A stretch of DNA of 64,000 nt, taken from contig CAVOQQ010000001.1 of the NCBI GenBank assembly GCA_963698395.1, forward strand, positions 900,754 to 964,753. Direction: 5' to 3'. Below are positions 37,997-45,946 of this stretch, one piece after another (positions within the stretch are counted from its first letter, which is position 1; each line of letters begins with the position of its first letter). The notes under the pieces were generated by a model. That model ran no database searches. It was not told the DNA's origin and worked only from the letters and a program-made list of their open reading frames with translations. The translations under genes were made by a program, and so were the position numbers. Origin of the DNA: an uncultured Acidimicrobiales bacterium (GTDB lineage: Bacteria; Actinomycetota; Acidimicrobiia; Acidimicrobiales; SZUA-35).

Positions 37997-38135
37997 GAGC
38001 TGACGAATCGTAGCGCTCCACCTCGACAACACCACGCAAGCCGGCCGTGGTATTGCGTCGGTTTCGGGAGCATCGGCACGGTCGGCGGTGCCGCCCAACG
38101 GCGATACGGTGTCGAGCGGTGCGTTTCGCACTCCT

Positions 38136-38208
38136 TCCCGGGTAGTTCAACTGGTAGAACACTGGACTTTGAATCCAGCCGTTGTAGGTTCGAATCCTGC
38201 CCCGGGAG
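38136..38208 (+). tRNA. tRNA-Gln (anticodon UUG)
   Basis: Hand-folded cloverleaf. Acceptor tcccggg/cccggga (U1-A72, G73), D stem gttc/gaac, anticodon stem ctgga/tccag with loop cTTTGaa, T arm gtagg-ttcgaat-cctgc. Total 73 nt. Confidence 0.9.
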
Positions 38209-38245
38209 CATCTGACCGAAGGCATCTGATCCGAAGGGTGGTGTC

Positions 38246-39343
38246 GTGGAAGGTCTCGGTTACTCCGATCGTCGCTTGTCGGCGCTCGTGATCGCCACCG
38301 GCGGCGGTGGTCCCATTCGCTCCGAGCGGCCCAAGTCGATCCACGTGCTGTGCGGTCAACCGATGATGGGCTACGTGCTCGACGCGCTCGGCGAGGTCGG
38401 TGTCGACGCCGCCGTCGTCGTCATCGGTCCCGACGGTGAGCGAGTTCGCAAACGTATGGCGGAGCATCCGGCCTCGTTCGATGTGTCCTTCATCGAGCAG
38501 CGCCATGATCGAGGAAGCGCCGACGCAGCGTTGGTCGGCCTCAGCGGTTTCGAGGACTTCGTCGACGATGCCGATCTGCTCGTCATCCCGGCCGATCTCC
38601 CACTGATCGATCCGACCGTCCTGCGTCGCCTGGTCGGCGAACATCGGGCGAGTGGTGCCGCAGCAACAGCACTCACGGTGCCTTCCCTGCCGGCCGATCC
38701 GCTCGTGGTCGCTCGCGATCGACACGGCCGGGTGTCGGGCCTGCAGCCGCACGCCTTGGTGTCTGACGCCGACGACCTCGAAACGGTCGTCGGCGTGTAT
38801 TGCATCGCTCGTGGTCTGTTGGCTCCTGCCGTTCGGCGGGCACCACTCGTCGGCGTCGACGGTCGCCACGATCTCCCGGCCGTCCTCGGCGTCCTCGCCG
38901 AGAGCGGTCACCCGGTTGCCACGGTGAAGGTCGAGCGTTCGGCGTCGCTCTCGCCGGTCGATTCACGCCGTGAGCTGGCCGAGGCCGAAGCAACGCTGCG
39001 GCGGCGGATCAACGGTGCCTGGCTCGATCGTGGGGTGAGCATGGTCGACCCCGAACGCACCTACATCGACTCCACCGTGGTGCTCGGCGTCGACATCACG
39101 CTCTTTCCCGGAACGCTGCTGCAAGGCGAAACCACCATCGGTGACGGTTGTGAGATCGGACCCGACACTCGACTCGACCGGTGCATGGTCGGCGACCGCT
39201 GTGTGATCGAGAAGACGATGGCTCGATCGGCCACGATCGGCGACGATGCACGGGTCGGACCGTTCGCCGTCCTCGAGGCGGGTTCGACCGTCAGGAATGG
39301 TGCGGTCACCGGTCCCTTCTATGCTGCAACTGCCGAGACCTGA
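38246..39343 (+). CDS. glmU: GlmU-like nucleotidyltransferase with truncated left-handed beta-helix domain (365 aa)
   Basis: N-terminal LVIATGGGGPIRSERPKSIHVLCGQPM, linker helix AEATLRRRINGAWLDRGV, about 110 aa of hexapeptide repeats, then a stop 40 nt before prs. Synteny tRNA-Gln-glmU-prs matches mycobacteria. Confidence 0.7.
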   Translation: MEGLGYSDRRLSALVIATGGGGPIRSERPKSIHVLCGQPMMGYVLDALGEVGVDAAVVVIGPDGERVRKRMAEHPASFDVSFIEQRHDRGSADAALVGLSGFEDFVDDADLLVIPADLPLIDPTVLRRLVGEHRASGAAATALTVPSLPADPLVVARDRHGRVSGLQPHALVSDADDLETVVGVYCIARGLLAPAVRRAPLVGVDGRHDLPAVLGVLAESGHPVATVKVERSASLSPVDSRRELAEAEATLRRRINGAWLDRGVSMVDPERTYIDSTVVLGVDITLFPGTLLQGETTIGDGCEIGPDTRLDRCMVGDRCVIEKTMARSATIGDDARVGPFAVLEAGSTVRNGAVTGPFYAATAET

Positions 39344-39383
39344 GTCGAGCCACCGAAGTCCCCTCATCGAGCGGAGCGAAAAC

Positions 39384-40364
39384 ATGGAAGCTGTCACCAA
39401 AAAGACCCTCCACTTGTTCGCCGGTCGGCACAATGCCGAACTCGCCGACTCGGTCGCCGAGGCCCTCGGCATCTCGGTCACCGAGGCCCACCTGAGTCAG
39501 TTCGCCAACACCGAGACGCATTGCCGTTTCGCCGAATCGGTCCGTGGCGCCGATGTCTTCATCATGCAGGGCCACGGTGCAGTCGAAGGGCAGTCGGTCA
39601 ACGACGCCATCTTCGAGCACCTGATCATGGTCGACGCCGCCCGGCGAGCATCGGCCAAGCGCATCACGGCGGTGATGCCGTTCTACGGCTACGCCCGCCA
39701 AGACCGAAAGTCCGAGGGGCGCGAGCCCATCACGGCCCGCCTGATCGCCGATCTGTTCGCCTCGGCCGGGGCTTCCCGGCTGGTGTCGATCGATCTCCAC
39801 AGCGGGCAGATCCAAGGGTTCTTCAATGGTCCGGTCGACCACCTCACCGCCATGCCGGTCCTGGTCGACCATCTCAAGTCCTACGGCAGCGACCTCGTGG
39901 TGGTGTCACCCGATGCCGGTCGAGTGAAGGTCGCCGAGCGCTATGCCCAGCATCTCCATGCCGACCTCGCCATCGTGCACAAGCGCCGGCTGCACGGGGT
40001 CAAGCACGCTGTCGAGGCCAAAGACGTCGTCGGCGAGGTGGAAGGGCGCGATTGCGTTCTCATCGACGACATGATCGACACCGCCGGCACCATCTGCTCG
40101 GCGGCCGAGCTGCTCATCGACCGCGGTGCGGCCAGTGTCACCGCTGCGGCCACCCACGGCGTGTTTTCCGGCCCGGCCATCGATCGCCTCAAGAACTCGG
40201 TGCTCGATCGGGTCGTGGTGACCAACACCTTGCCCATGCCGGCCGAGAAGCAGTTCGACAAGCTCGAGGTGCTGTCGGTGGCGCCGCTGCTGGCCGACGC
40301 CATCCGTGCGGTCTTCGAAGACGACTCCGTCAGTCGGATCTTCGACGGTCAGAACCAGAACTGA
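39384..40364 (+). CDS. prs: Ribose-phosphate pyrophosphokinase
   Basis: ATG 39384 in frame with ORF 39246..40364. YARQDRK, DLHSGQIQGFF and VLIDDMIDTAGT. Confidence 0.92.
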   Translation: MEAVTKKTLHLFAGRHNAELADSVAEALGISVTEAHLSQFANTETHCRFAESVRGADVFIMQGHGAVEGQSVNDAIFEHLIMVDAARRASAKRITAVMPFYGYARQDRKSEGREPITARLIADLFASAGASRLVSIDLHSGQIQGFFNGPVDHLTAMPVLVDHLKSYGSDLVVVSPDAGRVKVAERYAQHLHADLAIVHKRRLHGVKHAVEAKDVVGEVEGRDCVLIDDMIDTAGTICSAAELLIDRGAASVTAAATHGVFSGPAIDRLKNSVLDRVVVTNTLPMPAEKQFDKLEVLSVAPLLADAIRAVFEDDSVSRIFDGQNQN

Positions 40365-40367
40365 CTC

Positions 40368-40415
40368 GGGTGGGGGAGTCGGCATCGCCCGCTAGGCTCC
40401 CACCCTTGTACTTCG
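40368..40415 (+). terminator. Candidate stem-loop after prs (gggtggg..gag / ctcccaccc) followed by ttgtactt
   Basis: Hand-folded. 9 bp with a 2-nt bulge. The U-tract is weak. Confidence 0.3.
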
Positions 40416-40458
40416 GCCCCTCCGCGGGCTCCGTGAAAGCGCAGTAGAGGATCGACTC

Positions 40459-41109
40459 ATGACGACTGTCGTCGCCAGCACAACCAATCGCGAGACCGGT
40501 ACCGGCGCCTCCCGCCGCATTCGCGACGAGGGCAACATCCCCGGCGTCGTCTATGGCCTCGGTCAGGACCCGGTCGTCGTCTCGGTCGGCTACGCCGAAC
40601 TGCGCGATGTCCTGAAGGGCCCGGCCGGTCTCAACACCGTCTTCAGCCTCGACATCGAGGGTACGCCCACCCAGGTGATCCTCAAGGAATTCCAGCGCAA
40701 CGCGGTCAAGCGCACCGTGGTGCACTGCGACTTCCTCCGTGTCGACAACGACGTGCCGGTCAAGGTGACCCTGCCGGTGCACCTCGTCGGCCGCGCCGAC
40801 AAGATCCTCGACACCGGCGGCATCGTCGAGCAGAAGATGTTCCAGATGCACGTCAAGTGCGCCCCGAACCTCATCCCCACCTCGATCGAGGTCGACGTCA
40901 CGCACCTCACCCCCGATGCTCGCATCTCGGTCGGCGACATCCCGCTGCCTGATGGTGTCGTCGCCCAGATGAGCGATCGCATCACCGTGGCTGCTCCGGT
41001 CGTGACCCGCGCCGCCAAGATGGCGATGGAAGAAGACGAGGAAGACGCCGAGGGCGAGGCTGGCGAAGGCGGCGAGGCTGCCGCCGAAGGCGCCGACGAC
41101 GCCGAGTAG
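40459..41109 (+). CDS. rplY: 50S ribosomal protein L25/general stress protein Ctc
   Basis: RRIRDEGNIPGVVYG, a long Ctc-type form with an acidic tail. SD AGAGGA lies upstream. Confidence 0.9.
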   Translation: MTTVVASTTNRETGTGASRRIRDEGNIPGVVYGLGQDPVVVSVGYAELRDVLKGPAGLNTVFSLDIEGTPTQVILKEFQRNAVKRTVVHCDFLRVDNDVPVKVTLPVHLVGRADKILDTGGIVEQKMFQMHVKCAPNLIPTSIEVDVTHLTPDARISVGDIPLPDGVVAQMSDRITVAAPVVTRAAKMAMEEDEEDAEGEAGEGGEAAAEGADDAE

Positions 41110-41117
41110 TCGTTTCG

Positions 41118-41747
41118 ATGGCCCTCCTCAAGCGACTCGCTGGAGAAACCCCTCGTCGGGGCACCCCTGCCGAGCTGTTGGTGGTCGGCCTCGGGAATCC
41201 CGGCCCTGAGTTCGACGGCACTCGACACAACGTCGGCGCCGAAGTCGTTGCCCTGTTGGCAGAACGACATGGCAGCGGGCTCAACAAGTCGAAAGAACGA
41301 GCGCTGAGCGCCGAGGTCCGCATCGACGGTCACCTCGTCGCTCTTGCTTTTCCCCAGACCTACATGAATCGATCGGGCGAGTCGGTGCGTCTCCTGACCC
41401 GCCGGCATGGCATCGAAGACGGTGCCGCCCTGATCGTCGTGCACGACGAGCTCGACCTCGCCGTCGGCCGGCTCAAGCTCAAGCAGGGCGGCGGCCTCGC
41501 CGGGCACAACGGTCTCAAGTCGATCACTCAACATGTCGGGACCACCGACTTCGTGCGGCTCCGGGTCGGCGTCGGCAAGCCGCCGGCGTCACAGGTCGGC
41601 CGCGATTGGGTGCTGCGGCGACCAGGCAAGGCCGAGCGTGTCGAACTCGATGTCTCGGTCGCTCGGGCCGCCGATGCGGTCGAGCAGTTCCTGGCTGATG
41701 GTCTCGACGCCACCATGAACGTCGTCAATCGTCGCGACGCTGACTGA
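41118..41747 (+). CDS. pth: Peptidyl-tRNA hydrolase
   Basis: LVVGLGNPGPEFDGTRHNVG, YMNRSG and GHNGLKS. Confidence 0.92.
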   Translation: MALLKRLAGETPRRGTPAELLVVGLGNPGPEFDGTRHNVGAEVVALLAERHGSGLNKSKERALSAEVRIDGHLVALAFPQTYMNRSGESVRLLTRRHGIEDGAALIVVHDELDLAVGRLKLKQGGGLAGHNGLKSITQHVGTTDFVRLRVGVGKPPASQVGRDWVLRRPGKAERVELDVSVARAADAVEQFLADGLDATMNVVNRRDAD

Positions 41748-41802
41748 TACCCGTCGGTCGGCTGCTGAGCTGCCACACTGATGGCATGAGGAGCTTCCAC
41801 CG

Positions 41803-42666
41803 ATGGCAGTGAAACGCCTGATGGCCGTGGTCGCCGCCGTTTCCATGGTGGTCGGAGCGCTCGTTCTCCGGGGATTTCTCGACGACGGTGGTGACCTGTC
41901 GCTCGGCGGCGGCTCGTCGACCATCTACTGCGACGACGCCATCGCCGAGGCCTGCCGCTCGGTGTTCGATGCCGCTGATCTCGTCGTGGAGGCGCCCGGC
42001 CGCACCCTCGATCGCTTTCTCGACGACACCGACGACGGTGCGGCCGTGTGGATCGCGTCCGACCTCTGGTTCGACATCCTCGAAGCCGAGGAGGCTCGGC
42101 TCGGCCCCGGCACTGACATCACCGACACCTCCGAGCCGATCGCCCATTCGCCACTGGTCCTGGCCACCAAGGAAGCGGCGTGTGTCGACGACATCACGTG
42201 GCAGTGCGTGTCGAGGATCGATGGCCGGCTCGGCACCGGCGGCAACCTCGATTCCTCCGTGGGACTGGCGACCCAGATCCAGCTCGTCGTCACGGCACTC
42301 GGACGGCCGACGTTCGCCAGCAACGATCCCGACTTCCGGGCGTGGGAATCCGAGGTGGCCGTCGAGGTCGAGGCATCGCGGTCGGAGTCGGCACTGCTCG
42401 GTACCTACCTGAACAGCCCCGGTGTGGTGGATGCCATCGCGCTCAGCGATGCCGCGGTCGTCGCCCTCGATCGCGCCACCGGCGCCGTCGTGCCTCCCGA
42501 CGCCGGCCCCGACCTCGAAGTGGCGGCCATCGCCCTCGGTGGGGCACGGATGCCGGGCGCCCTCGACGACCTGGGTGAGGAACTGGAAGGCGACGGCTGG
42601 CAGACGGGCGCCGCTCCCGAGGCCGAGCGCCCGTCGGGGGGCGCCATGCAGGCGTTGCGCTCATGA
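41803..42666 (+). CDS. Hypothetical exported/membrane-anchored protein, solute-binding-like
   Basis: N-terminal hydrophobic helix MAVVAAVSMVVGALVL. SD GAGGAG 9 nt upstream. Weak resemblance to the N-terminal half of the downstream lipoprotein. Confidence 0.55.
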   Translation: MAVKRLMAVVAAVSMVVGALVLRGFLDDGGDLSLGGGSSTIYCDDAIAEACRSVFDAADLVVEAPGRTLDRFLDDTDDGAAVWIASDLWFDILEAEEARLGPGTDITDTSEPIAHSPLVLATKEAACVDDITWQCVSRIDGRLGTGGNLDSSVGLATQIQLVVTALGRPTFASNDPDFRAWESEVAVEVEASRSESALLGTYLNSPGVVDAIALSDAAVVALDRATGAVVPPDAGPDLEVAAIALGGARMPGALDDLGEELEGDGWQTGAAPEAERPSGGAMQALRS

Positions 42667-42742
42667 GGGAACCGACGCCGGTCTCGGCGGCGTTGGGACG
42701 AACAGGTACACCGCCTGGCACATCGCCGCGAGGGAGACACGA

Positions 42743-44557
42743 GTGAAGATCGAGACGCGAACCACCAAGAGGGCCACCATCGCTGCGGCGTTGCTGACCG
42801 TGGCGCTGGCCGGCGCCGCCTGCTCGGTGCCCGGAGGGGACACGGCCGACGGACCCGGGGACTGTGCCGCGGTGTACACCTCGGTGTCGTCGGAGAAGAT
42901 CCGACTGATGACGGATCTGGCATCGGAGTTCAACGACGCCGACGAAGAACTGGCCGACGGCACCTGCATCTATGTCGAGGTCCAATCGAAGGCCTCGGGT
43001 CTCGGGGCTCAACTGCTCGTCGAAGGCTGGGACGAAGCGGTCGATGGACCCCAGCCCGTGATCTGGTCGCCGGCGTCGAGCGCCTGGGGATCGGTGGTCA
43101 ATCAACAGCGGGCCGACCTCGGCGCACCGGCTGCGGTCGGCGACGGTGTTCCGTTCATGGTGACGCCGCTCGTGATCGCCATGCCCGAACCCATGGCCAC
43201 CGCACTCGGCTGGCCCGATGAGCCCATCGGGTGGTCCGACATCCTGGCGCTGGCCACCGACGACCAGGGTTGGGCGGCGTTCGGCCACCCAGAGTGGGGT
43301 GAGTTCCGACTGGGCAAGACCAATCCGAACTTCTCGACGAGTGGGCTCTCAGCCCTGATCGCCCAGACCTATGCCGCGGCCGGCAAGACGGCGAACCTGA
43401 GCACCGAAGATCTCGCCCGGGCCGACGTCCGAGCGTTCGGCGAGGGTGTCGAGTCGGCCGTGGTGCACTACGGCGATACCACGCTCACCTTCATGAACAA
43501 CTGGTACAAGGCCGACCAGCGCGGCGCCGCGCTCGGTTACGTCGCCGCCGCAGCGGTCGAGGAGAAGTCGGTCATCGACTACAACTCCGGGAACCCCGAC
43601 GGCAGGCTCGATGCCGGCGAAGAACCGCGGCCGCCCAAGGTCAAGCTGGTCGCGATCTACCCCGAAGAAGGCACGCTCTACTCCGACAACCCCCTCTTCG
43701 TCGTTCGAGACGATTGGGTCTCGCCCGAGCAGGCCGAGGGCGCTCAGGCCTTCATCGAGTTCGTGCAGCTCGAGGAGAACCAGCGCAAGGTGCTCGAATT
43801 CGGGTTCCGTCCCGGCAATCCGCGTGTGGCGCTCGAGGCGCCGGTGTCGGCGGAGTTCGGCGTCGATCCCACGCAGCCGCGTGATCTGCTCGAGGTCCCC
43901 GAACCCGAGGTCATGACCGGGTTGCTCGATCTCTGGCAGTCCCAGCGCAAGGGAGCACGGGTGACCCTGCTCCTCGACGTCTCGGGCTCGATGGGCGACA
44001 GCGGCGGCAATGGTCTGACCAAGCTCGAACTGGCCAAGGAGGCGATCCTCGGGTCGCTCGACGAGTTCGCCGCCGAGGACGAGGTCTCGTTGGTCACCTT
44101 CACCGACGACGGTCCGACCGGTGCGCCCCAGATCATCGAAGTCGTTCCCTCGGGTCGTTTCGCCGACAACGCAGCAGCGATCGAGCAGCGTCTCGCCGGT
44201 CTCTTCCCGCAGAACGGCACCCCGCTCTATCAGGCCGCTCACGAGACCTACGATGCGGCGATCGAGCGCTACGATCCCACGCGGATCAACGCCATCGTGA
44301 TCCTCTCCGACGGTGCGAACCAAGACATCCAGTCCTCCGACGACGACCAGCAGTTGGCGGATCTGCTCGAGGCGTTGTCACGGGGCAGCGAGGGACAGGG
44401 CAGCCGTCCGGTGCGCGTGTTCCCCATTGCCTACGGTGAGGGCGCCAGCTTCGACGTGCTCGAGGCGATCGCCGACGCGGCGTCGTCGGCTGTCTACGAC
44501 GCCAGCGATCCTCGCTCGATCAACAAGGTGTTCGCCGAAGTGATTTCGAACTTCTGA
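42743..44557 (+). CDS. Lipoprotein with solute-binding-like N-domain and C-terminal von Willebrand factor A domain
   Basis: GTG 42743 follows GGGAGA. Lipobox LAGAAC. VWA MIDAS segment LLLDVSGSMGD...TPLY...ILSDGANQD. Confidence 0.75.
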   Translation: MKIETRTTKRATIAAALLTVALAGAACSVPGGDTADGPGDCAAVYTSVSSEKIRLMTDLASEFNDADEELADGTCIYVEVQSKASGLGAQLLVEGWDEAVDGPQPVIWSPASSAWGSVVNQQRADLGAPAAVGDGVPFMVTPLVIAMPEPMATALGWPDEPIGWSDILALATDDQGWAAFGHPEWGEFRLGKTNPNFSTSGLSALIAQTYAAAGKTANLSTEDLARADVRAFGEGVESAVVHYGDTTLTFMNNWYKADQRGAALGYVAAAAVEEKSVIDYNSGNPDGRLDAGEEPRPPKVKLVAIYPEEGTLYSDNPLFVVRDDWVSPEQAEGAQAFIEFVQLEENQRKVLEFGFRPGNPRVALEAPVSAEFGVDPTQPRDLLEVPEPEVMTGLLDLWQSQRKGARVTLLLDVSGSMGDSGGNGLTKLELAKEAILGSLDEFAAEDEVSLVTFTDDGPTGAPQIIEVVPSGRFADNAAAIEQRLAGLFPQNGTPLYQAAHETYDAAIERYDPTRINAIVILSDGANQDIQSSDDDQQLADLLEALSRGSEGQGSRPVRVFPIAYGEGASFDVLEAIADAASSAVYDASDPRSINKVFAEVISNF

Positions 44558-44630
44558 TGAGGCGGAACGAACAGTGAATCGGGAAGCACAGTGATGAGGC
44601 GGAACGCACAGTGAATCGGGAAGCACAGTG
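44555..44630. repeat. 37-bp tandem repeat x2 (tgatgaggcggaacgAacagtgaatcgggaagcacag) spanning the whole intergenic gap from stop codon to next start codon
   Basis: Units at 44555-44591 and 44592-44628 (1 mismatch), with a third unit just begun (tga). Unit 1 starts with the stop TGA. The next GTG start (44628) is made from the unit boundary. Confidence 0.9.
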
Positions 44631-45353
44631 AGCTTGCGAGATCGGTTCTTCACCAAGCCGGTGGCCGAGGCGATCATGAGCCCCGGAGGGATCCTCGGCA
44701 TCGGTGTCGGAACGGCGGCCGGCATCCTCGTCGGTGTGCCGTTGGCCGGCGCGGCGCTGATCGGGGTCGGTGTCTGGGGTGCACGGGTCGCGCTCGCCGT
44801 GCCCCGTGGACCGGTGAAGGAACGGATCGATCTCCGCACGGTCTCGGGACCGTGGCAAGACTTCGTCGACGAGGCCATCGCAGCCGAGAAGCGCTTCCAG
44901 TTGGCCGTGAAGCGCACCCGGCCGGGACCGGTGCTCGATCGCCTCGCGGCACTCGGCGAGCGCATCGAGCGCTTCGTCGCCCACTCCTATCGAGTGGCAC
45001 AGAGCGGTCAACAGCTGACCGAGGCCCGGGAGTTGATCGATCACGATCGCATCGTTCGTGACCTCGCTTCGCTGCAAGCCGGCTCGGTGCCTGAAGAGGG
45101 ATCGACCCAGGCACAGGCGATCGTGGCGCTCCAGTCGCAGCTCGCAACGGCTCGGCGACTCGACGACACCATCAACTCGACTCGATCGCAGCTGCTCCTG
45201 CTCGACGCCCGACTCGACGAACTCGTGACCCGGTCGATCGAACTATCGGTCACCGGTGGCGACCCGGAGTCGCTTGGGAGTGTCGAGCGAGACCTGCAAG
45301 ACGTGGTCGACGAGCTCGAAGCCGTTCGCCTGGCCGTCGAGGAGACCGGCTGA
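44628..45353 (+). CDS. Hypothetical membrane protein (two N-terminal TM helices plus long helical/coiled-coil domain)
   Basis: GGILGIGVGTAAGILVGVPLAGAALIGVGVWG, then heptad-like Leu/Glu/Arg-rich sequence. High GC3. Confidence 0.6.
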   Translation: MSLRDRFFTKPVAEAIMSPGGILGIGVGTAAGILVGVPLAGAALIGVGVWGARVALAVPRGPVKERIDLRTVSGPWQDFVDEAIAAEKRFQLAVKRTRPGPVLDRLAALGERIERFVAHSYRVAQSGQQLTEARELIDHDRIVRDLASLQAGSVPEEGSTQAQAIVALQSQLATARRLDDTINSTRSQLLLLDARLDELVTRSIELSVTGGDPESLGSVERDLQDVVDELEAVRLAVEETG

Positions 45354-45376
45354 GCCGGTCGCGGAGCCATCGCCGG

Positions 45377-45946
45377 ATGCGAGACGGCAAAGCGGAGAAT
45401 CATGTGGAGATTCGACCAGCCGATGCTCACCGCATGGCTCGGCCCGCTACCGTTTCGACCGTGTACCCCCGTCCGGTCTTCAGCCTCGCCGCCCGCATCG
45501 CCGCCATCCCGTTTGTCGTTGCGCTCGTGGCGCTGCTGCTGAGCGATCGCGCACCGGGGCTCACTCGAAGCGGCCTGAGCAAGGGGCTGGTCGTCGGTCG
45601 CAAGGTGGAAGGACGAACGGGGATCGACATCATCGATCACACCGACGTGCCCTTCAGCTGGGAACAGGTGGGCCATTCCGGACTCTGGGCGGTGGCCATG
45701 CTCTTGGCCTACCTGGTGTTCGTCAACCGGGCATCGATCGTCCAGATCGCCAGTGGCGTCTTCGCCGCATCGGCAGCCTTCGAGCTCGGTCAGGTCTTCT
45801 TCACCTCCAGCCGCCTTCTGGAGTGGGGCGACCTGATGGCGAACGGCACCGGTGTGGTCATCGGCGCGGGTCTCGCTGCGGTGTTCGGGTTGTTCACCGG
45901 CCGGGGACGCCACGTGCGAGCGAGCGCCCGTAGCATCACCGGGTGA
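45377..45946 (+). CDS. VanZ-like integral membrane protein
   Basis: Four hydrophobic segments. EQVGHSGLW and ELGQVFFTSSRLLEWGDLMANGTG resemble VanZ-family motifs. Start is uncertain. Confidence 0.5.
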   Translation: MRDGKAENHVEIRPADAHRMARPATVSTVYPRPVFSLAARIAAIPFVVALVALLLSDRAPGLTRSGLSKGLVVGRKVEGRTGIDIIDHTDVPFSWEQVGHSGLWAVAMLLAYLVFVNRASIVQIASGVFAASAAFELGQVFFTSSRLLEWGDLMANGTGVVIGAGLAAVFGLFTGRGRHVRASARSITG

